Shown here: one piece after another, positions 63,491 to 64,000 of the stretch | Layout of the letters: every line of letters starts with the position of its first letter | Numbering within the stretch: the first letter of the stretch is position 1 | DNA from: Clostridia bacterium | Lineage (GTDB): Bacteria; Bacillota; Clostridia; Oscillospirales; CAG-272 | Assembly (NCBI GenBank): GCA_017536635.1 | Contig: JAFXHA010000060.1 | Location: 6,030 to 70,029, forward strand | Length of the DNA stretch: 64,000 nucleotides | Direction of reading: 5' to 3' | Made by a program: the position numbers and the translations under genes | Notes under the pieces: model-generated | What the model was told of the DNA's origin: nothing | The model's database searches: none | The model's input: the letters and a program-made list of their open reading frames with translations, nothing else

Positions 63491-64000
63491 ATGAAAATAA
63501 TCGGCATAACGGGTCCCAGCGGCTCGGGAAAATCAATACTCGCAAGCGCGCTTCGCGAATGCGGAATATCGGTAATAGATGCCGACGAGCTCTATCATTC
63601 TCTGCTCGTTCCGCCCTCAAGATGTCTTGATCTCATAAGAGACGCGTTCGGCGCCGGGATATTCAACTCGGACGGCACGCTTGACCGTCCCGCGCTCGCA
63701 AGGATCGTTTTCTCGGACGAGGAAAAGCTTGAGCTTCTCAATTCCACCGTGCTTTCGGTAGTGATCGACGAGGCTAAAAAGATCATCGAAAATCTCTCGG
63801 TGCAAGGTGAGCAGGTCGCGGCGATAGATGCCCCAACGCTCATAGAATCGGGCTTTAACACTGAGTGCGATCTTGTCGTCTCGGTGATATCCGATCCCGA
63901 CACACGCGCCGACAGGATATCCGAGCGAGACCACATAGGGCACGACGATGCCCTGCGCCGCATACGAGCACAAAAGGATGATGAATTTTATAAACGTCAT
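63491..64000 (+). CDS. coaE: dephospho-CoA kinase (3' end outside window)
   Basis: Manual translation from ATG 63491 gives MKIIGITGPSGSGKSILASALRECGISVIDADELYH. The frame is open to the window end, so it is not in the ORF track. Confidence 0.9.
   Translation, partial: MKIIGITGPSGSGKSILASALRECGISVIDADELYHSLLVPPSRCLDLIRDAFGAGIFNSDGTLDRPALARIVFSDEEKLELLNSTVLSVVIDEAKKIIENLSVQGEQVAAIDAPTLIESGFNTECDLVVSVISDPDTRADRISERDHIGHDDALRRIRAQKDDEFYKRH

Noticed and set aside
1-64000. Search for tRNA/rRNA genes, riboswitch cores (T-box, SAM, c-di-AMP/ydaO, preQ1), CRISPR arrays, IS elements, integrases, restriction-modification, toxin-antitoxin or known defence genes
   Set aside because: Reading both strands, I recognised none. 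Intergenic regions are short and are explained by promoters and terminators. A covariance-model scan (Rfam/Infernal, tRNAscan) would be needed to exclude small RNAs formally.

Overview
By eye this is a roughly 50% GC chromosomal segment of an endospore-forming Firmicute. The synteny is Clostridia-like, possibly Oscillospirales, but that placement is inference only. I call about 62 protein-coding genes, about 85% of them on the minus strand, including one 29-kb co-directional run (27670-56852). Almost all of it is conserved housekeeping. The blocks are: mutL-mutS-ricA-miaB; rplU-prp-rpmA; an M16 peptidase pair with lgt and folD; msmX; tex; rsuA-type synthase; greA; an S41 protease; rsmE; a complete glgB-C-D-A-P plus GH13 glycogen operon; the sporulation/division block spoVB-mazG-hup-rqcP(yabO)-yabP-yabQ-divIC; udk-like, hemZ, dtd, relA and recJ; cdaA; whiA, murB and coaE. 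I found no rRNA, tRNA, CRISPR array, IS/transposase, integrase or prophage genes, and no recognisable defence-system genes. Many intrinsic terminators and several consensus sigma-A promoters (TTGACA-17-TATAAT) can be read directly. I do not see a clear-cut novel multi-gene system. The best leads are listed here, and all are moderate. (1) A non-canonical c-di-AMP cyclase operon in which CdaR appears reduced to a 71-aa single-TM stub that is translationally coupled to a COG2509 flavoprotein, with a 14-bp direct repeat overlapping the cdaA core promoter. (2) An AT-rich orphan HTH-TPR (RRNPP-like) regulator wedged between two housekeeping operons, with no peptide gene. (3) An unlisted 30-aa hydrophobic smORF with a strong SD upstream of the pseudouridine synthase gene. 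(4) A terminator hairpin that sequesters the yabP SD and carries a sigma-E-like -10. (5) Two small self-contained units: DUF815 ATPase plus YczE-like membrane protein, and a 7-TM protein plus a short HTH regulator. The very long plus-strand ORFs (up to 936 aa) are codon-aligned antisense shadows caused by strong avoidance of TTA/CTA/TCA codons. I do not consider them genes.
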